Below are positions 27,840 to 41,323 of a stretch of DNA of 64,000 nucleotides, one piece after another. Position 1 is the first letter of the stretch. Every line of letters begins with the position of its first letter. The notes beneath the pieces were generated by a model. The model was not told the origin of the DNA, searched no databases, and worked only from the letters and a program-made list of their open reading frames with translations. The position numbers and the translations under genes are program-made. Origin of the DNA: Lytechinus pictus (Eukaryota); the NCBI RefSeq assembly GCF_037042905.1, contig NC_087250.1, positions 17,300,001-17,364,000 of the forward strand, in the 5' to 3' direction.

Positions 27840-29110
27840 AAATGGCTGCTAAAGTTAGATAGGGAATGTGAGAGAGAAGGAAGGGGGCAAAAGGAGAAAA
27901 ATGGAAAAAAAGAAAGAGAGAAGGTTTAGGAAGAATTGTTATTTTGTTCATTATTATGAGTAAATTTTATTAATTTCTACAGAAAAGGAAGGAAATGCTC
28001 TTCTTATTCGAATGTTAATATTGATATAGTACGGAAAAAGAAGGACAAAGGAGAAGACGACGCAGAAGGAAAAGAAGAGGGGAAGAAGAAGGAAATGAGA
28101 AGATGGAGGAGGAAGAGGAAATGAAGAAAAAAATGAAAAGAAAATGAAATATGAGGGGGTGAGAAGAAGAAGAAGATAAAGAAGAAATAGAAGACAAGGA
28201 GGAAGAAGAAGTGAAAGGGGGAAAAGATTACGAATGTATAGAAGGAAAGCAGCTTAAGAAGACGCAATAGACGAAGAAGAAGGGGAGAAGAAGAAAAAAG
28301 AGAGAAAAGAAAGTAAATGTAATAAAAGACAAAGAAGAAAAGGATTTGCTAAATCTTCGATACTTCAAGGCAAGAAGTGCACTGTTTTCTAATCCGTGTA
28401 AACCCCGAAGTCTTTTCACTTAGTGCCGCTCACCAAGGCATATTTTGTTTCTTCCTTAGGCGCACCGATACTTAAGCCACATAGATCCCGAGGCAATTTT
28501 AATTGGGCGAGATGATATCGTAGTCTTATCAGACAGACCGTGGGCGCTCTCCGTCTACCGTTGTCATAATATCTTGCTGTTGTATATATTCTCTGAAGAT
28601 AAATCAATTGATTAAAATTGTCATCCTCTTGAGGATAAACAAGATGAAGTAAGGTATGTTGAAATAGAATATTAAATTGTTAAACAATGCAGGGAAGTTA
28701 TAAACTGAGAAAAAAAAATGTCAGAAAGTGTCATATAATAAAAAGAGATAATAAAAACAAAGGAGAATAAGAAGAAGCCAGGGTAAAAAAGGAGAAGTTG
28801 GAAAAGAGAAAAAGTAAAATAAGAAGAAGGAGGAGGGGGTAAGGAAGACGAAGATTAACGGAGGATGAGAAGGAAACGACAGGAGAAAATGGGAAGAGGA
28901 AGAAATGGAAGAGGACGAGGATAAGATAGAGGGGATTATAAGAGAAAGACATAAGAAAGAAAGGAAAGAAGAACGAAAAAAAGCCAGAAAAATGAATATC
29001 AGACAAGGGGAAATAAAAGAACAAGAACACGATATTGAGATCTCGAGGAAAAGGAGTACATAAAGAGAAACGAAAAGGGGAAAATTGGGAACAAATGAAA
29101 TTACAAGATT
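27840..29110 (+). repeat. Purine-rich (GAA/GGA) low-complexity tract, interrupted at about 28340-28700
   Basis: Strong purine strand bias. Confidence 0.85.
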
Positions 29111-29769
29111 AAAATGAAACACATCATGCGTAACCTATTTCTGGGAAGCCACGAAATCTATAATATCGATGACCGTGTTTATTTTGTTTGTTTAACATCC
29201 CTTAACCATTACCATTCGAGGCACGTCTACATTCAAAAGACGGGTAACACAACTGAATATTGATGCTGAAATAAGCAGACTTGTTTTTGGTAAATGGGCT
29301 TGATTTTACACAAGGGATCTCATCAACATGATTATTACATGTACTGGCTTGAGAGAAGACTACGTCACAGCTGACATTTTGTAAGTGAATGAGAAACAAC
29401 TAGGCCACACAATCATACCCTTGGGATTGGGTAAAAAAGAGCACTAATTTCAGCCCATTGAATATCTTACTTAGCAGTACTGAAACGCGCAGCGAGATAA
29501 ACTGAAGTAATCGCCTAACAGTGGTGACAGTGTTTGCTAATTCCTGCCACTTCCAATACCTTAAAAGTATTTGCTCAAATGTGAGAGGCCATTCTAGGGT
29601 GAGGATCGACGAATCAAAATCAGAGCCGACAAAAGTAGGCCCACGACCATCGGCAGCGATTTCGTCTGATTCTGATCCCTGGGGGGAGAGGACAAATGCC
29701 CCTTTTCGATAGACTGCTGTACAAAATTCCAAATTTGAGCTCGTACTCACCCACCCCCCCCCCCCCTTA

Positions 29770-30980
29770 TCCTTTATTTCAGGAGCAAAATTAGATTAAC
29801 CTTAGATTTTATTCAGGTTTGATACGCCTTATATTCTTATTTCAAGGTGTAAGAATGAATAAAAATTAGCGATTAAAGACAGATTAATTCTGACTAGATG
29901 TAAAACTAGATGCCTTCATTTTATATCTATGGGTTTTTTCCAAAGTATATACATAAAATAGAAAATACATATTTTTTTCAATATGAGGAATAAAAGCCGA
30001 TTATGTAATTTCTGAGGTGTCCATGGTAAAGAAAACGATATGTAGTGGGTTACGGTACACCATGTATTTTTCGTTGACAAATGTTGGTCCTGAAAAGACC
30101 GCCAGCTGATTAATTTTGACTACTTTTTAACGTTGGGTTGCTTAATTTTATTTCCATGTTTTTTTTTAAAGTGTGGAAATAAAATTAGAAATTCCGATTG
30201 CTGTCAATTTGAGGAGTAAATACCAATCAACTTTGGCTATATTTAAAGTTAGGTACTTTTTCTTTATATTCATGTTTGTTTCAAAGTATGAAAATTAAAT
30301 TGATAATTAGTGATGGTTGCAATTTGAGGAGAAATATCAGATTAATCTTTCAATATAATTAGGTGTAGTACCTTTATAAATTTGACATCCATGTTTTTGT
30401 GGGGTTCTTTTAAAAGTAATGAAATAGAAAGTTATTTATTGTTGCCGATTCCAGGAACAAAGGCAGATCATCTTTTACAATATTCAAATTTGGATACCTT
30501 TATTTTATATTCACGTTTGTTTTTGAAGCATGTAAATGGATAGAAAATAAACGGTTGATTCCAATTTGAGAAGCAAAAACAGAATAATTTTGAATATATC
30601 TAAAGTTAGGAACCTTTATTTGATATCCATACTTGTTTGTTTCCAAAGTATGGAAAATAGATATAAAATTTTGAATTTTTTAAAGTTGGTTACCTTTATT
30701 TTATATCTGTTTTCAAAGTATGAAAATAAAATAAAAAATACTGATTGTTGCCAATTTGAGGAACAAAGGCAGATCAAATCTGAATATATTCAAATTTAGA
30801 TACCTTTATTCTATATTCACGTTTGTTTTTTAAATATGTAAATGAATGGAAAGTTAGCGTTTGATTAACTTTGACTATAATTAAAGTTCGGTGCCTTTAT
30901 CGTTTTATATCCATGTTTGTTTTCAAAGCGTTGAAATAACATAGAAAATAATGATTGTTGCCAGTTTGAGAGCAAAACGT
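29770..30980. repeat. Degenerate tandem array with a unit of about 115-125 bp
   Basis: caatttgagga...tacctttattttatat.catgtttgttt recurs near 30206, 30321, 30448, 30563, 30753 and 30963. Confidence 0.7.
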
Positions 30981-31501
30981 GACCTATTCTGCATTGCGTA
31001 GACCCTAACCCACAGGCGTTCATGAATTCTTAGAGCGACGTCAAGTCAGTAACCTTTCTCCTCGATTTGCTTGAAGGCAACTCGCTCTGACGGGGGAAGA
31101 TGAATGCTATGAATATATGCAGGAAGTCGCCGCTATCCTGACATTTTGGCACAACATGATATGCAAAGGAGTGTAGAGGGGAAAGATGATTCATGGATAT
31201 AACTGTAAAGGTGCTTTCATGAACTGCACGCATGTCTATGGCAAGCCAAACGTCCTGTCATACTTATGATGGAACCGCTCTTATGAAGCGCATCTTGCCC
31301 ATACAAAGTATATGAATTTAATTAGTATTTCTCTTAAAAAAATATTCAGAAAGTAGTCACACTTACATATGAGCAAAACATGATTTCCAAAGGATTGTAG
31401 AAGTGGGAGATGATACGTGGGTCCATTCAAAAAGTTGCATTCGTGAACTACATATCTATGACAAGCCAAACGCACATGTAAGTCGTGATTGATTTACTTT
31501 T

Positions 31502-32205
31502 CAGGGGGGATCCAGGAATATTTGAAAGGGGGTCGTCCTGACGGGGAGTCTGGTGGCCCTCGAGAGAGATTTGGAAATATTAACCGGCTTATATGCAATT
31601 TCAGTATGTGTGATGTCATTCACTTTATGTCAAAAATTGTCGATTTCAAAAGTAAAATGTGCGTTTTGATGACCAAAAGTTGACGCTACGGAGCTTGATT
31701 GAAATAGAAAAGTGATATTGCGGCACGCATATCGCGCAGGTTCGGTAGCATGGTTTGCATACATGTGAACCAACAGAATGCGGTGCCACTGCGGGTAGGC
31801 CTATGGGGGTCGGGCCGGCCTTTACGAGGTCGTAAATTAAACATTGGTATAATACCTCCTTACTTTTCTTTCTGTTTTTAAGTGTTTCTCTCAAGTTAAA
31901 TCGACAACTTCTTTTACTTTATGGTAATCATAGCCTTTTTTCAAGTAAACTGGCTCCATGGAAGATCAGCAGCAATGCATTATTGCAGCTGAATATGGAC
32001 TAACAGCCGTATAATTTACTTTATTTCTTACCTTTTATTATTGTATCTTAACATTGACCTCATCACCTCATGTTATATGTATTTGTATGTGCTTTGTATA
32101 TGTTATTTATATATATACGGAAATAAAACAAACAAACACTTTTTCTGCAGGTTGCGCAATAATAGAGGGACCGGCTCGCCCCCCCCCCCCCTGGATCCGC
32201 CCCTG
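31502..32205. mobile_element. hAT-like non-autonomous element; related ends at about 17790-17810 and 61695-61909
   Basis: Ends caggggggatccagg / cctggatccgcccctg; no clear 8-bp TSD. Confidence 0.5.
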
Positions 32206-32660
32206 ATTTTTAGTAACGTTTTGATTAAAGAGACACCTAGTAATCCCAATATAGAATCTTTAAAAGAATCGGTCAAAATTACCTTTGTTAGTGAATATAT
32301 TTCCACCAATTATGCCACGACCAAAAATGGCCAAAATTAAAATCTTGGAACGATTTAACAAATATATTGGTAGAAAAAAAACCGTCACAATGTCAATCTT
32401 GTGTCAAACTAATCAGAGGGTAAGAGAATTAATGTCCAGCATTGATGTGGTCAGGGTGAGAAAAGATTTGAGTACGATTTAACCAATGTTCGATACAAAA
32501 GTGAAAATAAAAACAATTAAATTCAATTATTTTTTATTGTCATATCATTAAAAAAATCACACAAATAGTCTTCAGACTCTTAATAACAGATGAGTGCATA
32601 GAAAAAAAGTATATATCACTTATCAGTCACATAAATAATGAATGGATACATCAAAATAAT

Positions 32661-33672
32661 AACAACTAAAATGCCTCTGGCGCTCTCACCTGCATCACGC
32701 GATTCAATATAGCAGCAGTGCTGACTTTGAAAAACACCATTTAAATAATTATTCACAAAAAACACCATTCATATAATGATACAATACTACGTTCATTGAC
32801 ATTGGACCTTGATCATGTGACCTAAAACTGAGATACTTGATTACCCCTATATCCACATTTTATACACTATATCTATAAACTTATATAATAAAGTTATGAC
32901 AGCAATCTAATAATTACCTCTAAAATGGCCAAAGTACAATGACCTTTAATGACCTTTGACTTTGGTCATGTGACCTGAAACTCGCATGAGATGTTCAGTG
33001 ATACTTGACAACTCTTATGTCCATGTTTTATGAACTAGACCAATATACTTACAGAGTTATGATGGTAATTCAACAAATACCCTCAACATGGCCAATAACC
33101 ATTGTCCTTTGACCTTGGTCATGTGACCTGAAACTCGCACAGGATGTTCAGTGATACTTGATTACTCTTATGTCCAAGTTTCATGAACTAGACCAATATA
33201 CTTTCAAAGTTATGATGGTAATTCAACAAATACCCCCAATTTGGCCAAAGTTCATTAACCGTAAATGACCTTTGACCTTAGTCATGTGACCTGAAACTTG
33301 CACAGGATGTTCAGTAATACTTGATTAACCTTATGCTCAAGTTTCATGAACTAGGTCTATATATTTTTTAAGTTATGATGACATTTCAAATACTTAAACT
33401 TAGGTTAAGATTTTGATGTTGATTCCCCCAACATGGTCTAAGTTCATTGACCATAAATGACCTTTGATCTTAATCATGTGACATGAAACTCAGGCAGGAT
33501 GTTTAGTAATACTTGATTAACCTTATGAACAAGTTTTATGAACTAGGTCTATATACTTTCTAAGTTGTGCTGTCATTTCAAAAACTTAACCTTCGGTTAA
33601 GATTTGGTATTGACGCCGCCGTCGGAAAAGCGGCGCCTATAGTCTCACTCTGCTATGCAGGGGAGACAAAAA
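32661..33672 (-). mobile_element. Helentron-associated (HINE; Tsp/pearl-like) element with an internal tandem array
   Basis: Subterminal IR tctcacctgcat / atgcaggggaga; terminal hairpin gtctc...gagac next to an A-run; five catgtgac-anchored units spaced 153, 153, 163 and 192 bp. Confidence 0.7.
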
Positions 33673-35668
33673 CTCCTCCAAAACCATTGTCAATCGTTAA
33701 CAATATTTTCAGTCAGATATTCAGCAGCACATAATTAGACCAATGGTTTATTTCGGTACATGGAATAAAACATTTCAGCAGCTCCTATTTTATCCGTTCA
33801 TCTGTTTCCCATCACCATGTGGGGGTGTTTCAAGAAGCATTTTGCCAGTGAATTTTTCTGACAAATCTCTTCTGAGCCAATCAGATGCAAGGATTTCAGT
33901 AGCTTATAACAGTTGTCAGTGAAAGATCACTGACTGTTGTTTCGTGAAATGCTCCTCCGATCCCGGCCAATACTCTCTGCGGGGTGCACGACCGCCACTA
34001 GGCCGACGTCAATTGAGAGCTTCTTTCGCCCGAGGGATGGGAATTATTAGGCAGGGTCATTAAGCTACTTGTACGAGCTGCAGGGATCGCATCATTTCAG
34101 AATTCCAACCATGTATACGGAGACTGAAAGATGAGGATGGGAGAAGGCTTTGAGAAGGATATTCCATATTCGGTTTGCTTTCCTTACCAACACTGCAGGC
34201 TTTCGTTGCTTAATCTATGTTCGGGGCCCGTATACACAAAACTTAGCAATGACCGTTTCACATTTTCTACGATTGATTGCATCGGCTACAATGTACAATC
34301 AATCGTGAAAATCAAGCATTCGATTAATCGAATACCTTTGTGTTCCGGGATCGACCCTGGTAAGTTTTTCCACTAAAAGGAAATTTCCCGACCTACGGGA
34401 AATCCAGATCATTTGGGGAAAATGAAAGAAATTCTGGGAAAACAGAAAATTCAAATTACACAATAATTTCAATATTTAAAGAGGTATTTGGACTCATGTA
34501 ATTCAATACCAATTTTCGTCTCCGTAATAGCGCTCGCACTGATGATTTTGTCAGCATTGTAAGAAGTGCATGAACCAAATTATTTTTTTTTTTAATCCTT
34601 GATTATTGATCATGAGGCTCAATTGTTTTTTTTTTCATGAGGTTTTTAATAAAAAGGAAAGTTGAAGATTCCAGGAAGCTCCGAAGAATTGCTGTTATCA
34701 AAACCAAATAGGTAATAAGGGAGGACCTTTCCTTTTAAGTCACTTTAATACACAAGCCTATTATTTTTACCAAGTAAACTTACACAACTGCATCACGTAC
34801 TGTTATGATAATTTTCTGTCACAAAATCGATAAAGCCCTCCTAGTTCAGTGATCTGAATCCATATGAATTCTTTATCATCAAAACATTGGCGTGATATGT
34901 GTCATTTATTAGCGCTCAGCAGTATAGGTCTGTTTTGATGTATATTGGTTCTAACCACGACAATACGACTCCAAGCGACCTTTACCAGCTTACGAACGAC
35001 TGATGATCCTTTCTTAGGCACTTAATCAACACGGAAGAAAATGTGATGTATACCATTAACGACAAGAAAGAATCACCATTCGTTCATTAACTCACTCATA
35101 ACTAACGAACAGCTTTATGAAACACCTATCAGAACCACGTCCACGATTTTAAAAATTCATCATTTTCCTACACTCTCAATTCTTTAACCAACTTATCGAG
35201 TTGGTTATGATATGAACTTACCAACTGTTCATGAAAAATAATCCTGATGCGATTTACACGCAATTTAATTTTAACCAACAGTTCGTGGGTTTATTACGTT
35301 ACCCGACCTATTTATTTCTGAGAATGAATATTCCTTGTGACATCCAGTTTGAAAAAAAGGATATGCTGTTATTCTCGTAAGCTTTTTTTTATTCATATCG
35401 ATTCAATGTTTGGGTGAGTTTGTCCTTGAATGAGAATGATTTGATTTTATACTTTGGAACATGAATGCACGGTATGAACTCATTACTAGATATCATCCGC
35501 ATCAGTTGCAAATAGATACTGTGGTAATTGTGTCTCCATCAAGGTTATGCAGAAGCATGTCAAATATTCCGTGCTATGGGATGTGCCTTATAGGGGGCGA
35601 GCTGCCCCAAGATATCGGAAAATAAAGATAAAGGGCATAAATGTGAGCACAATAAGTAATAAGCCTAT

Positions 35669-35709
<41 letters not shown>

Positions 35710-36004
35710 GTTTTGTACAATAGAATAACTAATATAACTTATATATATATAATATAAGCTTACCAAAATGTGTAGCAATAATATTCCCTATCTTTTTCTC
35801 TAACAAAATAATATCAAGTAATATTTTTAGTCACTTCGACCCCTACCATTTACCCCTACTAAAAATACCCTTGCGTTGTTTTTGCTCTTGAAACTGTCCT
35901 TTTCCTTTCTATGTCGATGAAAATATCAGATGACTGGACATTTTCTTTTAATGTTCGGCGATACATTTTACTTCAGCGAAATTGATATTAAAATGTGGGT
36001 GATA

Positions 36005-37110
36005 ATTTTATTTATTCATGTTTTATTTAACAAAAAATCGATAAAAAGAACGGTGGAGGGTAGTCCGGTTCAGTTACAAAACTGTTTTACAACGGAGCCC
36101 TCCACGAATAAAAAGAAACATAAACATGATAAATGAAAAGCAGAATACATACATAGTAAATGAATAAATTACAGAAAATGAATATAATGAAATAGATAAC
36201 ATAACACAAATCATAATTAAAATTTAAAAATGAAAACATAAACAAAAGCACAAATATAAACAAAAACCATAATTAAGTGTAGCTGCACATGGTATAGCCC
36301 CCCCCCCCCTCCCTCCCAAACTAGGCCAGGTTGTAAAGTTAGAGCTTGTTGATGAAAGTTTTGCAAAGTTTTTTTAAGTTATTTAGGGACTTAGAGTTTT
36401 GTACGGACAATGGTAATTTATTGAAAATAGAATTTGCAGTGAATGAGAATGATCTTTTTTTGTATTCAGATTTAGGGTATGGTATTTGTAGACGATTTTG
36501 GGCGGAATGTCTAGTATTATAAACAATGGGTCGTATAACAGATAATGGTTTCAAATATTTTGGTCCAGAATCATTCCAAATTTTGTAAATTAGAATACAT
36601 TGTTGGTATTTAATCCTTTGTTCAACGGATTGCCAGTCGAGTGTAGTTAACAAAGAACATTGTGAAGTTGAATAATCTGTATTCAAAACCAAGCGAGCAT
36701 ATCCATTCTGCAATTTCTGTAATCGGGTTATATTACTTTTCGAACAATTTCCCCATGCTGTACAACAATAGTCAATATATGACAATATAAGCGCTAAGTA
36801 TAACTGTTTTAATTGATTACTGTTGATTAAGTGTTTAATTCTTCTTATGCAAGCGATAGAGCGTGATATTTTACAAGAGATGTATTGTATATGCAAAGAC
36901 CAGCTTAATTGAGAGTCGAAAATAATTCCTAGGTATTTAATATTATCAACATGTTCCAAAGTTGTATTCTCAAATTTTATTGTGATTGTATTATTTTGTA
37001 ATTTACGTTTATTACCGAAAATCATGATCTTAGTCTTTTGTGGGTGTAAATACATTCGATTAATTTTGAGCCATTTGGCAATTAAGTCGTGTTCAAGATG
37101 TAACGTAATT
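36005..37110 (-). mobile_element. 5'-truncated LINE (L2/CR1/Crack group): RT C-terminus and 3' UTR
   Basis: ORF2 motifs W...N...LHPQKTKIM.F, KYLGIIFD..LSW..HI, YC...WG, LQ.LQN..AR, RSF; 3' stem-loop ggagggctcc...ggactaccctcc and aataaa tail. Confidence 0.9.
36339..37110 (-). pseudogene. Truncated LINE ORF2 (reverse transcriptase C-terminal region)
   Basis: The 238-aa ORF extends in frame upstream (LHLEHDLIAKWLKINRM); the YADD core is missing. Confidence 0.85.
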
Positions 37111-37245
37111 TAAAAAAAAACATGGTAACCGAATTACCGGTGATAACACATTTATATTTTATTGCGACTATCTTGCGAAAATGGACATATAAGTAATATC
37201 CACTTAGGTCAAATGGTTTAGAAATCTTTTGGAAACACTTCTTAA

Positions 37246-38121
37246 GGACGTTCCTCAGTTGAAGTGAAATCCATGTAATTTTCACCAAACTTTTCCACGT
37301 AGATACTTTAGCACCTGAATGTTTCAAATATGCAAAATTTAACATGGGTCCATGTGCTTGATTTGTTTTGCTATAGAGCTTCAAACTTCACCCAAATGGA
37401 TGTTCTTAAGAATTGCGCATTTAAAAGAATTTGGCATTTAGACTCACGAGATCACTACAATGGGTTTACACCTCTATTGCTCAGTCACAATCCATGAAAA
37501 TTTCATCAAATTTCACAATATTCCGTTGCTCTTAAGTCTTACAGCACTGTCAGTTCTTTAAAATGGTGTGAAAGATAACAAAAACCCAATCTAAAAAATG
37601 TGAAATTTCATTAATAAACTTGAAAAGTACATTAAATGCTGTATTATTCAAAACCCATGTCATTTTCTCTAAACTTTGCAAAGTTTTAAAGGAAGTTATA
37701 CCTAAGAGGTGCAAACATTAAAAAATAGGGGTCCATATGCTTGTTTTCAAACTATCAGCACTTTTATTGGAGCAAATTTACTTTTTAATACATAAAAAAC
37801 GCACCAATTGCATTGTATCTATGTGAGAAAAAAACCCAAACCACTGTACATTTTTTTCAAACTCGGCGTCATATTCGTCATACTTTGCAGCACTGCAGAG
37901 GAAAGCATTTTGAAATTTTAGAAGTATCTTTTTTAAATGGTCCATGGAATAATTCCAGTGTATTTGTTTCATGAAATAACACATCGGATCTGCAGTGATA
38001 ATGAGAAAAATCAGCTCATACTACAGCTAATTAATCACCTGTTCATTCATTGTGACGTCAGCGCGCAGAGTGTAAAATATGCGCAGATCATGATGCCCAC
38101 AAACATAACTGTGGAACGTCC
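37246..38121. mobile_element. TTAA-type (Kolobok-like) non-autonomous transposon
   Basis: ttaa|ggacgttcctcagtt ... aactgtggaacgtcc|tttg. Confidence 0.65.
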
Positions 38122-38225
38122 TTTGTAATAGCATTATCTTGCTAGTAACAACAGTAGAAGAGGTTGAAGTAGTAATAGTAGTAGTTGTAGAAGTAGTAAT
38201 AGTCATAAAAGTAGTATTGTTATCC

Positions 38226-38457
38226 CAGCAATGGCGTAATTTCCTTCGGCAAGAAATTTATCCACACTGTGCCGCACTCGACCCAGGTGAGGTGAATGGG
38301 TACCCGGTAGGAAGAAATTCCTCGAATGCCGATCAAGGTAGCCGTGCTAAAGCCGGGGTTATGATAATAGCAGGGCCCGCTGGGAGAATAGTTTTCGGAA
38401 CTGAAGTGGCTACCCTGGGTAAATATGCCGTTATTATTATTATTATTATTATTATTG
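38226..38457 (+). mobile_element. 5'-truncated SINE with CORE-like body and (TTA)n tail
   Basis: ccttcggcaagaaatttatccacactgtgccgcactcgacccaggtgaggtgaatgggtacc...ttattattatt, inside an (AGT)n tract. Confidence 0.7.
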
Positions 38458-40467
38458 TTTAGTATTAGTAATAGTAGTAGTTGTAGTTATAGTCATAAAA
38501 TAAGTATTGTTCAGTATTAGTATTATTAGTAGTAGTATTTGGGATTTTTGGTGGGAGGCGTTGACAGGTCAAACTTATATATTTATCCTGCAAATTGGAA
38601 ATTATACATGTACCATTAAAATAAACAGTTTGCATCTGAGAAAATACAAAGCCTTTAACAATATTTAATATACTATGACAATAGTGATAATAGTGATACG
38701 CTTGAAATCATCAATATCATTTCACTATCATCGCCATCATCCGGTAATACCGTATACCTGCTCAATGGAGTATTGAAAACCTAACGAATTCGCAAAGCAA
38801 CTTAAAAAATCGCCATGACGGCATTTCAATTTATGCACGCATTAAATATGTCATCTAAATCCATGACCCCATTTTTCGGAGGACCCTGTGGAATTGCCTC
38901 CATTCGAGTTTGATATTTTGTCACCATAACCCCCTATCAATCAATCACGGTCACGTGACCAAGTGTCCACCTGTCACCATCATTCCATAGAGATTTCACT
39001 GTTTAAATGAATGACTGTAATGAAATGAAAACACCAATAGGAGGAATTTTATGATCTATGGTGGCCTCGAAGATCATCACCAGTTCTGAAAATCGTAGAC
39101 AATGCAGCCACTTCCATGACTTCAAAACTCCTTTGCAAATGTGATAATCAGTTCAACCGTGGAACTCGCCGCAACGTCGACCCAGCGTCTCTTAGACGTC
39201 ATCAACAGTTGACACATCTTCTCTTTTGCGTGTCCTCAGCATGGCCCTGGAAAGCGGGGGTGCTGCGTGTATTATTCTCTTTCTTATTTTACATCCGATT
39301 TTGATTAAATTTTCAGTGTTATGCTTGTATGATATTATCCCCATCTATTCAAATCAAAATTTTTCTGGGGTGGACTTGACCTTTAAAATGAAATTACTCT
39401 GATGGATTAGTGTGCACAATTGAACAGGGAGGAAAGGAAGCAATGGAGACGGGGAGAATAAAGGGGGAAGGGGGAAAAGAGTGGTGTTGAGAAAGAGTTT
39501 TAGCTAGTTAGAAGAAAATAATACACAGCTTAAGAAATAAAAGTATTAAAAAACATTCATCTAACCATGAAAATTTACAACACACAATTAAGTCTATACG
39601 ATGTTTTAAAACACGTGTTCTTGTAAAAAAAAACCGGGTGTTTTAAAACGCGTTTTAAATTATGTTTTAAAACGCATTTAAAACATGTTTTAAAACGCAC
39701 CGTTTAAAACGTGCCAACCCTGGAAGACAAGCCTCCCCGACAGCTCTAAAGCACAAGGCTTGCTTTGAATCGTGAAATACGAGTCCAGTGGATAAACAGG
39801 AAGAAAATAAAACTTGCCTGGCCATTTTGATTATCAACAATGAAAGACTTATACGCCAGTCAAATCAGCGAAACCAACCATTGGCCGATAACAGATAATA
39901 CGTTACTACCAATGATACACTATCGGTCATGTTTAGAGTCGGTTTCGTTGGCGTAACTGTAACATAAAACAAGAGCTAGCTGGAACGTGGTAACATAACT
40001 TTAATTGTAATAACTGTTTCAATAACAACGGCAGATCCTTTCAAGTCTGTATCTCTACCACCTTCCATTGTTATCCATGAAAAGGCCAACCAGTATAATG
40101 ACGTCTGTACAGGCGATGCTGTCTGAAAGCGCCTTCAGATTGATCTTTTATCGCGATTCCACAATATTGAGTGATGGAGCTTGCGGCGTTCCTTCGAGCA
40201 CTGAGGATATGTGAAACCGATATACAGAGAAAGGAAGATATCGTATTATAATTTTCTTAGAAACAATTACATATATACAGGAAAAATTCGCCATTGTCAC
40301 GTGATTTTGAACATCGGAGTGGTACTTGGAAAGCACCGAGATCTCGTTAATTGAATTGAATTTGTCAGCATCTACAAGGCAGAAATTTGTCTTCCATCGG
40401 ATGAACCATTTTATGAACAGAAGATGTGCACAAAATGGAATTTGAATAGACATCCAAAACAGATATA

Positions 40468-41323
40468 GGGGAAGGCGGGGTAAGTTGAGCATAGGGGCAA
40501 GTTGAGCCACCACCCCCAGGCCAATAATGAATGAGTCAGACATTATGGCGGTGTCATGTATTGATGACCCATTACATAACACTTAACCCCACCACATTGA
40601 TTTCAACTTTGAAACAAAAAGTACTTTTTTAGAGGGAAAAATAAAAATTTCAGCCAAAAAAGTGAAAAAGGGTGTGAAATAGACAAGTGTTTTTTACACA
40701 CACACGTCTTTACATATAAAAAGACATAAGAACAACATTGTCAGTCCAGGTATGGCTCTTCATTCTTGCCACAGTCTTTTACATGATGGATGCATAAGAA
40801 ATGTGTGGATTCGAAATTATCACATTAAGTTCGGACTGGGGTAAGTTGAGCCAGCCAACATGGGGCAAGTTGAGCCATTGTAATTCTTATGGTAATGTAA
40901 ATAAAAAAACAAAACCTTAAAAAGCCTTCGATATGCAGGCAGAAAAGAGCAAATTCACATGACAGTTCTTTTACTTTTAGAGAATGTTAGTATTTATAGA
41001 GAATTAGCAAGTGAAAAGACTTTAAATAAAAGATTGACATGCTGGTTCTTCCCGCATACATTTTGTACATAGTTTTTGTGGCTCAACTTACCCTAGAAGG
41101 TGGCACAACTTACCCCACAGATGGGGCAAGTTGTGCCACTTGACATCGTTTTTTTCAAAGGTCACAACGACTTTCAGTGTGGGGGTAGAACGTAGTATAT
41201 AGGTGAAAAAGATTTCCCAAGAATCATATTTAAAGGCAAGGTACTTATTTATACAATATTATTAGTCATATCAATTCTATCATGCAAAATGCAAAAAGTG
41301 TCACAACTTACCCCGCCTTCCCC
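40468..41323. mobile_element. TA-flanked DNA transposon derivative (Tc1/mariner/pogo-like)
   Basis: ta|ggggaaggcggggtaagttg ... caacttaccccgccttcccc|ta; internal ggggcaagttgagcca repeats. Confidence 0.85.

Noticed and set aside
37082..37384. 100-aa ORF as an upstream part of the LINE RT
   Set aside because: It lies mostly in the adjacent TTAA element and has no RT motifs
40148..40582. 144-aa - strand ORF
   Set aside because: It spans a transposon boundary at 40468 and has no recognisable motif
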